A DNA stretch of 64,000 bases from Candidatus Omnitrophota bacterium. Its GTDB lineage: Bacteria > Omnitrophota > Gorgyraeia > JAFGHF01. The notes under the pieces are model-generated. The model made no database searches. It saw only the letters and a list, made by a program, of their open reading frames with translations, and was not told the DNA's origin. The stretch is taken from positions 1,368,195 to 1,432,194 of the forward strand of contig CP070837.1 in the NCBI GenBank assembly GCA_020341815.1, read 5' to 3'. This document shows, piece after piece, positions 17,330-25,487 of the stretch; position 1 is the first letter of the stretch, and every line of letters starts with the position of its first letter. Both the position numbers and the translations under genes were made by a program.

Positions 17330-17372
17330 TAAGGACGGGAAAAATTCCGGGGATAGCTTACTTAATTCCCGG
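17323..17372 (+). repeat. family-A repeat copy 5 (AATTCCGGGGATAGCTTACTTAATTCCCGG), preceded by the 16-mer AAAATAATAAGGACGG
   Basis: The 16-mer also occurs at 21610 and 23593 inside terminator hairpins. The repeat overlaps the stop of the 15788..17329 gene. Confidence 0.5.
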
Positions 17373-17391
17373 ATAAATACCGCTTCAAAAC

Positions 17392-17760
17392 ATGAAAAAT
17401 ATTATAATCGAAAGCGCAGGCGGAAAGATTGAGTTAAAAGTAGAGCCCCTTGATAACCCCACCTCCAGGAAAATCTCATCATCCTTACCTATAGAATCAA
17501 GAGCCGAAACCTGGGGAGACGAAATATATTTTGATACGGGTATTGCGGCCTCTGCTTCCGGCGGGACTCTGGATGTCGATGTAGGGGATATCGCATATTG
17601 GCCGGAAGGAAAATGCCTGTGTATATTTTTCGGCAGGACCCCTGCCAGCAGTGGTGAAAAGCCTGCTCCGGCAAGTGAAGTCGTTATTGTGGGAAAGGCG
17701 CGACTTAATCCCGAATCGTTGCGCAGGGTAAAGCCGGGTTCCAAAATAAGGGTCAGCTAA
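17392..17760 (+). CDS. cyclophilin-like fold protein (PF04126/TM1367-like)
   Basis: 122 aa. GDIAYWPEG..LCIFFG resembles the Cyclophil_like family. Confidence 0.45.
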   Translation: MKNIIIESAGGKIELKVEPLDNPTSRKISSSLPIESRAETWGDEIYFDTGIAASASGGTLDVDVGDIAYWPEGKCLCIFFGRTPASSGEKPAPASEVVIVGKARLNPESLRRVKPGSKIRVS

Positions 17761-17766
17761 AGAAAA

Positions 17767-18141
17767 ATGCCTATGGCAGTCGATAAGATATTGAAGCGCC
17801 TGGCCAAATCAAGGTTCAGGTCGAGCTTTAAATTAAACGATAAGGATATCGAATACATAAATAAAAAGGGCTTGGGGGAAATAAAGTCTCATGCCAGAGA
17901 GTTTATTATAGAGAGGCTCGCCCCTAAGAATCCCAAAAATGACGGGCGGCAGACGCCGCTTAGAAAACACCCTGTATTTAAGGCTCAACATGCTACAGCT
18001 ACCTGTTGCAGAGGCTGCCTTAAGGAGTGGCATAAAATACCCAGTGGGCGCAAGCTGAATGGGGATAATATAGATTTTATTGTATCGCTTATAATGAGCT
18101 GGATTAGCGCGCAAGCAGATGCAAAGGATAAAGTTAGTTAA
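17767..18141 (+). CDS. DUF4186 family protein
   Basis: FKL..KD..YI ... RLAP.NP.NDGRQTP..KHPVFKAQHATATCCRGC...WH.IP matches the DUF4186 signature. Confidence 0.55.
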   Translation: MPMAVDKILKRLAKSRFRSSFKLNDKDIEYINKKGLGEIKSHAREFIIERLAPKNPKNDGRQTPLRKHPVFKAQHATATCCRGCLKEWHKIPSGRKLNGDNIDFIVSLIMSWISAQADAKDKVS

Positions 18142-18625
18142 AGGTGATATTACCGGGCTTTCGGTGGATGCTATTGTAAATGCCGCTAATGCGTATTTAC
18201 AGATGGGCGGCGGTGTGGCCGGGGCCATCTTGCGCAAAGGGGGCCGCTCCATACAGGATGAATGCGATAAAATCGGCTTTACCCCTGTGGGTGAGGCGGC
18301 TATAACCGGCGGGGGAAAATTAAAAGCAAAATATGTTATCCATGCCGTAGGGCCGAGGATGGGGGAGGGCGAAGAAGATAATAAACTTTTAAACGCTACG
18401 TTGAACAGCCTGAAGATAGCGCAAAAGAGGCGCTTGAAATCAATAGCATTCCCGGCTATATCTACGGGCATCTTTGGTTATCCCCTGGACAGATGCGCCC
18501 GGATTATGCTTAAAACTACCGATGAGTTCTTAAGTAAGAGCGACCTTCCTCAGGAAGTGATATTTTGCCTTTATGATGATAAAGCCTACCGGATGTTTGA
18601 GAAGACCCTTGAAGATTTCAGTTAA
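18119..18625 (+). CDS. macro domain (ADP-ribose-binding / O-acetyl-ADP-ribose deacetylase-like) protein
   Basis: VKGDITGLSVDAIVNAANAYLQMGGGVAGAI ... AITGGGKLKAKYVIHAVGP are canonical macro-domain motifs. Confidence 0.8.
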   Translation: MQRIKLVKGDITGLSVDAIVNAANAYLQMGGGVAGAILRKGGRSIQDECDKIGFTPVGEAAITGGGKLKAKYVIHAVGPRMGEGEEDNKLLNATLNSLKIAQKRRLKSIAFPAISTGIFGYPLDRCARIMLKTTDEFLSKSDLPQEVIFCLYDDKAYRMFEKTLEDFS

Positions 18626-18830
18626 AGTTAAACCTCAGGCAAAGCAGGATATGGTCCGGAAGATCGGCCCTGGCGATTATACGGTTTGGGTAAAGGCCAA
18701 GGCCTTAGAGGGCAAAGCCAATCAGGCGGTGGTAGAGGTATTAGCCGAATATTTCGGCGTGGCTAAATCCAAAATAGCCCTTCTTAAGGGCAAAAAGACA
18801 AGAAATAAAGTCTTTATGGTTGAGAGATGA
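18573..18830 (+). CDS. DUF167 (YggU) family protein
   Basis: ISVKVKPQAK..M.......YTVWVKAKALEGKANQAVVEVLAEYFGVAKS matches DUF167. The true start may be TTG at 18609, which would remove most of the overlap with the macro gene. Confidence 0.5.
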   Translation: MMIKPTGCLRRPLKISVKVKPQAKQDMVRKIGPGDYTVWVKAKALEGKANQAVVEVLAEYFGVAKSKIALLKGKKTRNKVFMVER

Positions 18831-19807
18831 AGACATTAATTCTGGATAGAAAGACTATAGAGAAGCTGGTGCGGATAAAGGAATGCATCAAGGCGGTGGA
18901 ATATGCCTTCAGGGAGTATGGCTTAGGGAAAGTCCAGATGCCGCCCAAGATTTATCTTCATCTGGATAAATACCAGGGGGATTTTCGGGCTATGCCGGCT
19001 TATATAGAGAGATTGGACAGGTGTGCGCTGAAATGGGTTAACGTTCATCCGCGCAATAAAATCTTTGGCCTGCCTGCTGTTATGGCCGTGATTATCTTAA
19101 GCAACCCCAAAAATGCGCTTCCTTTGTGTGTTATGGACGGCACATACGCCACCAATCTGCGCACAGGCGCTGCCGGGGCCGTGGCTGCCAGGTATCTGGC
19201 CAGGAAGGACTCAAAAATAATAGGATTAGTAGGCTGCGGCGCGCAGGCAAAGATGCAGCTTGAAGCCCTGCAGGGGCTTTTTGATATAAAAGAGGTCAGG
19301 GTCTGGGGGCATAAGGAAGTATTCGTTAAGGACTTTATCAGAGACACGCGCCATCTGAACCTTGAATTATTGCCAATGGAAAGCGTTAAGGATTGTGTCC
19401 GGGGGAGTGATATTATTATCACTACCACGCCTTCAAAGAAGCCTCTTGTAAAATTAAAATGGCTTAAAAAAGGCGCGCATATAAACGCCATTGGCGCAGA
19501 CGCCAAAGGAAAACAGGAGCTTGAGCCGTCTATTTTAAAAAAGGCAAAAGTTGTTGTGGATTCCTGGGAGCAGGCCTCGCACAGCGGAGAGATAAATGTG
19601 CCTCTTAAGAAAAGGTTGATATCCAGAAAGGATATCTATGCCGATATCGGAGAGATCATCAGCAAAAGGAAAAAGGGAAGAGAGGATAGGGGCGAAATCA
19701 CGGTTTTTGATTCTACCGGTTTAGCCATTCAGGATGTAGCCGTTGCCAACCTGATTTATGAGACTGCCTTAAAGAAGAAAAAGGGCAAGTGGATTAAGAT
19801 TATCTAG
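18827..19807 (+). CDS. ornithine cyclodeaminase / mu-crystallin family NAD-binding protein
   Basis: Rossmann signature LVGCGAQAKMQLEAL and overall OCD-family layout. Confidence 0.75.
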   Translation: MKTLILDRKTIEKLVRIKECIKAVEYAFREYGLGKVQMPPKIYLHLDKYQGDFRAMPAYIERLDRCALKWVNVHPRNKIFGLPAVMAVIILSNPKNALPLCVMDGTYATNLRTGAAGAVAARYLARKDSKIIGLVGCGAQAKMQLEALQGLFDIKEVRVWGHKEVFVKDFIRDTRHLNLELLPMESVKDCVRGSDIIITTTPSKKPLVKLKWLKKGAHINAIGADAKGKQELEPSILKKAKVVVDSWEQASHSGEINVPLKKRLISRKDIYADIGEIISKRKKGREDRGEITVFDSTGLAIQDVAVANLIYETALKKKKGKWIKII

Positions 19808-19838
19808 GAGTTATTTTTAAAAGTATTTCTTGTATCTC

Positions 19839-19866
19839 TTGACAATTGCGGTCAAATAATTATAAT
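19839..19866 (+). promoter_or_regulatory. consensus sigma70 promoter TTGACA-N16-TATAAT
   Basis: Perfect hexamers. Drives the gene whose real start is GTG 19907 (RBS AAGGAGGG). Confidence 0.55.
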
Positions 19867-19906
19867 GTTTTTAGTAATTAATCGATTAAAGAGAAAGGAG
19901 GGATAT

Positions 19907-20950
19907 GTGAAGTTCTTGACCGTTGTTTTAGTCTTTGCAGGGCTTTTGTGCGTTTCGGTTGATGCGAATGCGGCGATGTATGCGGATAATTTTGATGATG
20001 AGGTGATGGATGCGTCTTTATGGAGCCTTATCTCGGAAGGGGGAGATCTCACAAATTTATATGAAAGCTCCGGAGTCTTAAATCTTACCTCAACAGGCGC
20101 CTATGAAAACAGCTCGAAGGATTATATATCGAAATGGGCATATAATTTAAACAAGAATTTCCGTATCAGCGCGAAGTTTAACTATAATTATACAGGCGGG
20201 GGAGACAGCGCAGTTTCGATGGGGATAGTCGGCATTGACCCGGACGGCAGCATTGGCTTGCATGCAGGAATCAGGGCAACCAGGTGCGACTATCCAAACT
20301 ATAACGGCGACTATTTTAAAATCGCAATCGAGGATGCTTCCGGCCAGGATGTGGTGCCGGATCAGTGGTATCCCAGAGGCATTACTGCCGGATACTTCAG
20401 CATTGAGTATGACGCGAAGAGAGATAGTATTACTTTCGCTGTTTTCAACAATAAGAAATTTACCCGCAAGCACCAGGTAATCAGTTATACATACGATAAT
20501 TTCAGCTTGTTGAATCTGGGCGCCTTCCGCATTTATATAGGGGGGTATGCCGACGGCGGGGCCTTGCTTGTCGAAGGAGAGGCAAATTTAGATAATTTCA
20601 AGGCAAAGGGTGATACTAAATCTACAGACCTCACAGGAACCTGGACCGTAAAAATGAATAATGTTTCGATGGAAGGTTACACTACAGAAGAAGTTACGAT
20701 GTATATTACCGATCAGCAGGGGAATCTGTTCAGAGGCTATGTGACGCCGGAAGATTATCCCTATACGAATTTCTACGGAGCATTGGTCGGAAAGGACATA
20801 TATATAACTTTCTGGGACAGCACCGCTTCCGGAAAGATGGAAAAAGGAGGAGAAAAGTTCAGCTTTGTTAGTCAGAATCAAAAATATAATCCTCCCAATA
20901 GCCCGGCAACCGCTATAGGAATAGCTGTTAAGAACAAGGAAGGTTTTTAG
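19907..20950 (+). CDS. secreted hypothetical protein (signal peptide VKFLTVVLVFAGLLCVSVDANA)
   Basis: GTG start after RBS AAGGAGGG. The ORF-track ATG at 19865 lies inside the -10 box. N-terminal signal peptide. No family assigned. Confidence 0.5.
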   Translation: MKFLTVVLVFAGLLCVSVDANAAMYADNFDDEVMDASLWSLISEGGDLTNLYESSGVLNLTSTGAYENSSKDYISKWAYNLNKNFRISAKFNYNYTGGGDSAVSMGIVGIDPDGSIGLHAGIRATRCDYPNYNGDYFKIAIEDASGQDVVPDQWYPRGITAGYFSIEYDAKRDSITFAVFNNKKFTRKHQVISYTYDNFSLLNLGAFRIYIGGYADGGALLVEGEANLDNFKAKGDTKSTDLTGTWTVKMNNVSMEGYTTEEVTMYITDQQGNLFRGYVTPEDYPYTNFYGALVGKDIYITFWDSTASGKMEKGGEKFSFVSQNQKYNPPNSPATAIGIAVKNKEGF

Positions 20951-21035
20951 GACAATATCGGGGACGCAATGCTAATTTCGAAGAAGAAATAGCTGTTGCG
21001 TCTCCGGATTTTTCCGAGTAAAAAAGAGAGGTAAG

Positions 21036-21602
21036 ATGAAATTACAAAGAGGCGAAAAGGTGATTCATGAGCTGCGGCCCGATTCGAAGATTTTGGTAAT
21101 CTGGTTTTTTACTAAGTGCCTGGGCGCTGCTTTTTTAGGGGCATTTCTAGTATTTTGGTGTTTTGGGTTTTTTGGCGGCATCGTTTTTGCAGTGACAAGA
21201 TCATCAGGGTCAGCCTGGCCGCTTGCGGTGGGTGGTATTATGGCGCTTATTGTTGCCCTGGTCTTTTTAATCATAGGGATTATTTATTGCCGCTTTCTAA
21301 GAAAGACTTATGTTTACTATATTACAAATCAGCGCTGCGTTTTTCATGGCGGAATAATCCGCAGGATTGAGCGCTCTGTGCCGTATCACAAAATTACGGA
21401 TGTCGAGGCAAGCCAGAACATTGTTGAAAGAGTGCTTGGCATTTCCAGTGTTAATATTTTCACTCCCGGCACGGCAAGCATGATGGCTCCGGCATTCGGA
21501 GGACAGCGCGCAGAGATCTCATTCGTAGGACTTAAGGACAATGAGACGCCGGCTGAAACAATAAATAAAATATTGCGAAAATACCGCTCGACAGGAGAGT
21601 AG
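21036..21602 (+). CDS. bacterial PH-domain (bPH_2/YdbS-like) membrane protein
   Basis: Two TM helices followed by YYITNQRCVFHGGIIRRIERSVPYHKITDVEASQNIVERVLGISSVNIFTPG, which matches the bPH_2 motif. Confidence 0.55.
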   Translation: MKLQRGEKVIHELRPDSKILVIWFFTKCLGAAFLGAFLVFWCFGFFGGIVFAVTRSSGSAWPLAVGGIMALIVALVFLIIGIIYCRFLRKTYVYYITNQRCVFHGGIIRRIERSVPYHKITDVEASQNIVERVLGISSVNIFTPGTASMMAPAFGGQRAEISFVGLKDNETPAETINKILRKYRSTGE

Positions 21603-21609
21603 TGTCGGT

Positions 21610-21644
21610 AAAATAATAAGGACGGCATACCCGCCGTCCTTATT
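21610..21644. terminator. bidirectional rho-independent terminator between convergent genes (AATAAGGACGGC-ATACCC-GCCGTCCTTATT)
   Basis: 12-bp perfect stem with A/T-rich flanks on both sides. It contains the 16-mer AAAATAATAAGGACGG. Confidence 0.6.
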
Positions 21645-21672
21645 GTATAATCCTTTCCTCGGATCTTATTAT

Positions 21673-23163
21673 TTACTGATTTTCTCTTGCTTCCCTCTGT
21701 TCACGCAGAAGATCTATTCTGTCCTGCGCCTGCTGCTCCAGAAGATCTATTCTGTCCTGCGCCTGTTGATCCAGAAGGGCTTGCCTATCTTCTCCCTCTT
21801 GCGCCAGAAGGTCTATTCTATCTTCTCCCTCTTGCGCCAGAAGGTCTATTCTATCCTGCTCCTCTTGCTGCAGAAGCTCTACTCTGGCTTGAGCCTCTTG
21901 GTCCAGAAGATCTTGTCTATCCTGCGCATTCTGCTCCAGAAGTTCAACTCTGGCTTCAGCCTCTTGACGCATAATCTCTGTTTGGTCTATCCTGTCCTGC
22001 GTTTGCTTGTACATAAGGTCTATTCTATCCTGCGTCTGTTTGCTCAAGAGTTCTACTCTGGCCTGTGCCTCTTGGTTCAGGAGGTCTAGCCTATCCTGCG
22101 CCTCTTTACTCAGAAGATCTACTCTATCTTGCGCATACTGGTCCAGAAGAGCTACCCTGTCCTGCGCCTGCTGCTCCAGAAATTCAACTCTGGCTTCAGC
22201 CTGTTCACGCAGAAACTCTATCCTATCCTGCGCATACTGATCTAGAAGGTCTACTCTATCCTGCGCATATTGCGCCAGGAGATCTACTCTATCCTGACCC
22301 TCTTTCTTCAGGAGATCTACTCTATCCTGTGCCTGTTGCTCCAGAAGATCTATCCTGTCCTGCGCATACTGGTCCAGAAGAGCCAATCTGTCCTGGGCCT
22401 GTTGATCTAGAAGTGCTGCTCTTGCTATAGCATCCTGCTCTACCTTGTCACGCAGAAACTCTATCCTATCCTGCGTATTTTGCTCTATGAGATCTGCTCT
22501 GTCCTGGGCCTGCTGCTCCAGAAGTTCAACTCTTGCCGCGGCCTGTTCACTGAGAAGGTCAACTCTGTCCTGCGCATACTGATCCAGAAGGGCTACCCTG
22601 GCCTGCGCCTCTTGTTCCAGGACCTCTGCTCTGGTCTTCGCAGCTTTTCGCCTCTCTATCGCAGCTTTGCGAAGGCCCTTCTTTCTGTCACGGACATTTT
22701 CACGCAGAGCCTTTTCTCGGGTCTTCGCGCTCTTCTTCAAGACCTTCGTCCTGTCTTTGGCCTGTTTACTCAGGAGTTTTTCCCGGTCTTTGGCCTGTTT
22801 ACTCAGGACCTTTGCCCTTGTCTTCGCACCCTTTTTTCTGTCTATCGCAGCCTTGTGAAGGCCCTGCTTTCTGTCCTGGGCCTGTTTACTCAGGACCTTT
22901 GCCCTTGTCTTCGCATTCTTTTCCAGGAGCCTTTGCCTCTCCCGTGCCTGTTTACGCAGAACCTTTGTCCTGTCCTGTGCGTTTTTGCGCAGAAGCCTTT
23001 GCCTGTCCCGCGCCTGTTTACGCAGAAGCCTTGCCCGTGCCTGGGCCTCTTTGGTTTGACCTACCGCAGCTTCCTGAAGGGCCTGCGTAACTGTTGGCAT
23101 AGCAAGGTTTAGGAAGAGGACTACTAATACTAGCCTTAATACTACCTCAATATGCCGTTTCAT
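21673..23163 (-). CDS. secreted repetitive protein with about 40 tandem 11-residue repeats (AQDRVDLLxQx), apolipoprotein/LEA-like amphipathic-helix architecture
   Basis: Signal-peptide-like N-terminus MKRHIEVVLRLVLVVLFLNLAMPTVTQA. Strong RBS AAGGGAGGAG on the minus strand. The DNA-level 33-nt periodicity creates multiple shadow ORFs on the + strand. Confidence 0.6.
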   Translation of the reverse strand: MKRHIEVVLRLVLVVLFLNLAMPTVTQALQEAAVGQTKEAQARARLLRKQARDRQRLLRKNAQDRTKVLRKQARERQRLLEKNAKTRAKVLSKQAQDRKQGLHKAAIDRKKGAKTRAKVLSKQAKDREKLLSKQAKDRTKVLKKSAKTREKALRENVRDRKKGLRKAAIERRKAAKTRAEVLEQEAQARVALLDQYAQDRVDLLSEQAAARVELLEQQAQDRADLIEQNTQDRIEFLRDKVEQDAIARAALLDQQAQDRLALLDQYAQDRIDLLEQQAQDRVDLLKKEGQDRVDLLAQYAQDRVDLLDQYAQDRIEFLREQAEARVEFLEQQAQDRVALLDQYAQDRVDLLSKEAQDRLDLLNQEAQARVELLSKQTQDRIDLMYKQTQDRIDQTEIMRQEAEARVELLEQNAQDRQDLLDQEAQARVELLQQEEQDRIDLLAQEGEDRIDLLAQEGEDRQALLDQQAQDRIDLLEQQAQDRIDLLREQREARENQ

Positions 23164-23591
23164 GGTGTTCTCATCTCCTCCCTTATGATGTATATTATGA
23201 TAAATATATTAATAATATTGTTATTTTTTAGGCTTAAAAGTGCTTGGTTTGACTAATTACTTGCTTGGCAGGGGGGATTTACACCTCCTATCCCATACCA
23301 TTAAAGTGTATCACATAAAAAGGGCTTTTTCAATAGGGGGGAGGTAGCTGATTTAGGGATAGAATGGGGTATATTTTGAAGAAATCTATTAGAATATGGC
23401 GATAAGGTATATGTTATGGGCAAGATTGTTCAAAAATCCTCAAAAACAGGGATTTTTTGGCTAAAATGGCGGGCTAAATTGGCCAAAAAGCCCATGCCTT
23501 GGGGGGTAGCCAGGGGGTGAAATACCGGCTTCAAGGAAAGATAACTATTGTGTCACCTAACTTTTACCCAGGATTTGCTTCCGGATACCCT

Positions 23592-23633
23592 TAAAATAAT
23601 AAAGACGGCAGATTTGCCGTCCTTATTATATTA
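23592..23633 (-). terminator. rho-independent terminator of the minus-strand gene (GACGGCA-GATT-TGCCGTC) inside an AAAATAATAAAGACGGC motif
   Basis: 7-bp stem. On the minus strand it is followed by a T-rich run (TTTATTATTTTAAGGG). Confidence 0.5.
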
Positions 23634-23648
23634 TTATATTTTATTATA

Positions 23649-24152
23649 TTATTTTCCTAGCGCTTTTTGCCTTGCTTCCCTTTCTTCGTTCAGAAGGTTT
23701 TGCCTTGCTTCCCTCTCTTCGCTCAGGAGGTTTTGCCTTGCTTCCTTCTCTTCGCTCAGGAGGTCTTGCCTGGCCTCTTTGTTGCTCTTCAGGAGGTCCT
23801 GCGTGGCCTGTTTGTTGCTCTTCAGGAGGTCCTGCGTGGCCTGTTTGTTGCTCTTCAGGAGGTCCTGCCTGTTCTGGTTGTTGGTATTCTTGAGCTCTTG
23901 CCTGGCCTGTTCCTCTTCGATCCTCTTCTTTTGCCGGGCCTCCTCGCGTTGACGCAGAAGCTCCCGCCTGGCTTCGTTCCGTTGACGCAGAAGCTCCCGC
24001 CTGGCTTCGTTCCGTTGACGCAGAAGCTCTTGCCTGGCCTGTGCAGCTTCTTGGCTGTCTGCTTCGGCTTTCTGTGCAACTGTTGCCACAGCTAGATTGA
24101 ACAAAAGAGCTATTACCACTAATCTTAAAACCAGCTTAATTCTCCGTCTCAT
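23649..24152 (-). CDS. secreted 11-residue-repeat protein, paralog of 21673..23163 (EARRELLRQRN repeats)
   Basis: N-terminus MRRRIKLVLRLVVIALLFNLAVATVAQKA is homologous to the larger paralog. RBS GGAGGAG. The RBS-containing 24-mer is tandemly duplicated at 24149..24215. Confidence 0.55.
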   Translation of the reverse strand: MRRRIKLVLRLVVIALLFNLAVATVAQKAEADSQEAAQARQELLRQRNEARRELLRQRNEARRELLRQREEARQKKRIEEEQARQELKNTNNQNRQDLLKSNKQATQDLLKSNKQATQDLLKSNKEARQDLLSEEKEARQNLLSEEREARQNLLNEEREARQKALGK

Positions 24153-24405
24153 AATGCTCTCCTCCTTTCTTAAAAGTTGGTGTATTTAATGCTCACCTCC
24201 TTTCTTAAAAGTCAGGGCATTTATAGTAGATATAATATAACACATAATAAAGACTTTTACAATAAGTATTTTAAGTATTTTTTTAAGAAACAGGATAGAA
24301 AATCGCTCAAAAAAAGGCCTCAAAAATAGGGCTTTTTTTGGTAATTTCCATAGTTGCTTTTTGGCTCATTTTTTGGTATATTGATATTCCAGGTGGGGAG
24401 TAAAA

Positions 24406-25311
24406 ATGAAAATAAAGAAGATACCCCTTTTCATAACGCTGATTCTCCTTTTTGCCTTTGGAGGATATTTTGGCCAGTGGCAATTTCAAAAAGCCAGAAA
24501 AGAGCAAATTGCATATGAGGCATGGGAAGAATTACAGCAAAGTGTCAAAACCGAAATAAGCCGGTTTAACGGCAAAGCAGGAATAGTTATTAAGGATTTA
24601 GAGACGGGGCGGGAATTGGCATTTGAGAAAAGTGAGTTATTTCCTTCGGCAAGCCTGGCTAAAATCCCCCTTATGGCAGCATGTTTTCTGGCGGCCGAGC
24701 AAGGACGGATCAGGCTTGACGATAACATAGCTTTAAAGTCATCGGATAAGCTTACCGGCTCAGGCCTCTTGAAAGATATGCCTGAGGGTACTGTCTTTAG
24801 CGTTGAGAAGCTCATCGGCCTTATGATTTATGACAGCGATAATACGGCTGCGAATATACTAACCGACTTAACAGGCCTCGATTACTTAAATAGCACCTTT
24901 GGGGACTTTGGCTTGGAGAATACAGACCTCACTCGAAAGATTGCCGATTATCAATCCCGGGATAGAGGCATTGAAAATTACACAACGGCCCAGGATATGT
25001 CCTTATTGCTGGATAAGCTATATTTAAGAAAGCTTGGGAGTGAGGATATTTCCGATGAATGTATCTCCATGCTGAAGCTGACCCGTATGAATGACCGTAT
25101 CCCCAGGTATTTGCCGCCCGAAATAAGCATTGCGCATAAGACCGGGCTTGAAAACAGCGTTTGCCATGATGCGGGTATAGTCTTTACTCCCAAAGGCGAT
25201 TTTATCATTGTCGTATTGACTAAGCATGCTAATGCCACCAGCGCCCCTTCCAAGGAATTCATCGCAAAGGTATCTTTGCATACCTATAAATATTTCAACC
25301 AGCTGCAGTAG
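24406..25311 (+). CDS. class A beta-lactamase-family serine hydrolase with N-terminal membrane anchor
   Basis: S-x-x-K (SLAK), SDN (YDSDNTAAN) and KTG (AHKTGLE) motifs in canonical order. Confidence 0.65.
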   Translation: MKIKKIPLFITLILLFAFGGYFGQWQFQKARKEQIAYEAWEELQQSVKTEISRFNGKAGIVIKDLETGRELAFEKSELFPSASLAKIPLMAACFLAAEQGRIRLDDNIALKSSDKLTGSGLLKDMPEGTVFSVEKLIGLMIYDSDNTAANILTDLTGLDYLNSTFGDFGLENTDLTRKIADYQSRDRGIENYTTAQDMSLLLDKLYLRKLGSEDISDECISMLKLTRMNDRIPRYLPPEISIAHKTGLENSVCHDAGIVFTPKGDFIIVVLTKHANATSAPSKEFIAKVSLHTYKYFNQLQ

Positions 25312-25487
25312 AATTGCGAAACCCCTGATTTTCACAAAGAGTTCTTGATATTGGCTATATTTTGTGATAATCTTTGAAACTAAAGAAAGAATTTATAGAT
25401 TCCAGGGTAGTCCATTGTGTCCAACATTTCAGTTTTGAGGGCAAGATTTCTTCAAATAACCGATGATTACAGCAGAAAGGCTTAATC

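Noticed and set aside
19865-19906. ORF-track ATG start at 19865 for the secreted protein
   Set aside because: That ATG lies inside the -10 hexamer of a consensus promoter. GTG at 19907 with RBS AAGGAGGG gives a canonical signal peptide.
21643-23112. Several + strand ORFs (21643..22089, 21687..21974, 22007..22240, 22065..22430, 22480..23112, 22667..22858, 22812..23090) with Leu/Pro/Ala-rich repetitive translations
   Set aside because: They are frame shadows of the 33-nt DNA periodicity of the minus-strand 11-mer-repeat gene. They have no RBS and no N-terminal signal, whereas the minus-strand ORF has a strong RBS and a signal peptide.
23548-24095. + strand ORFs (23548..23952, 23667..24095, 23672..23893) and minus ORF 23855..24079 over the small repeat-protein gene
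   Set aside because: Same periodicity artefact. Only the minus-strand 23649..24152 frame has an RBS and a homologous N-terminus to the larger paralog.
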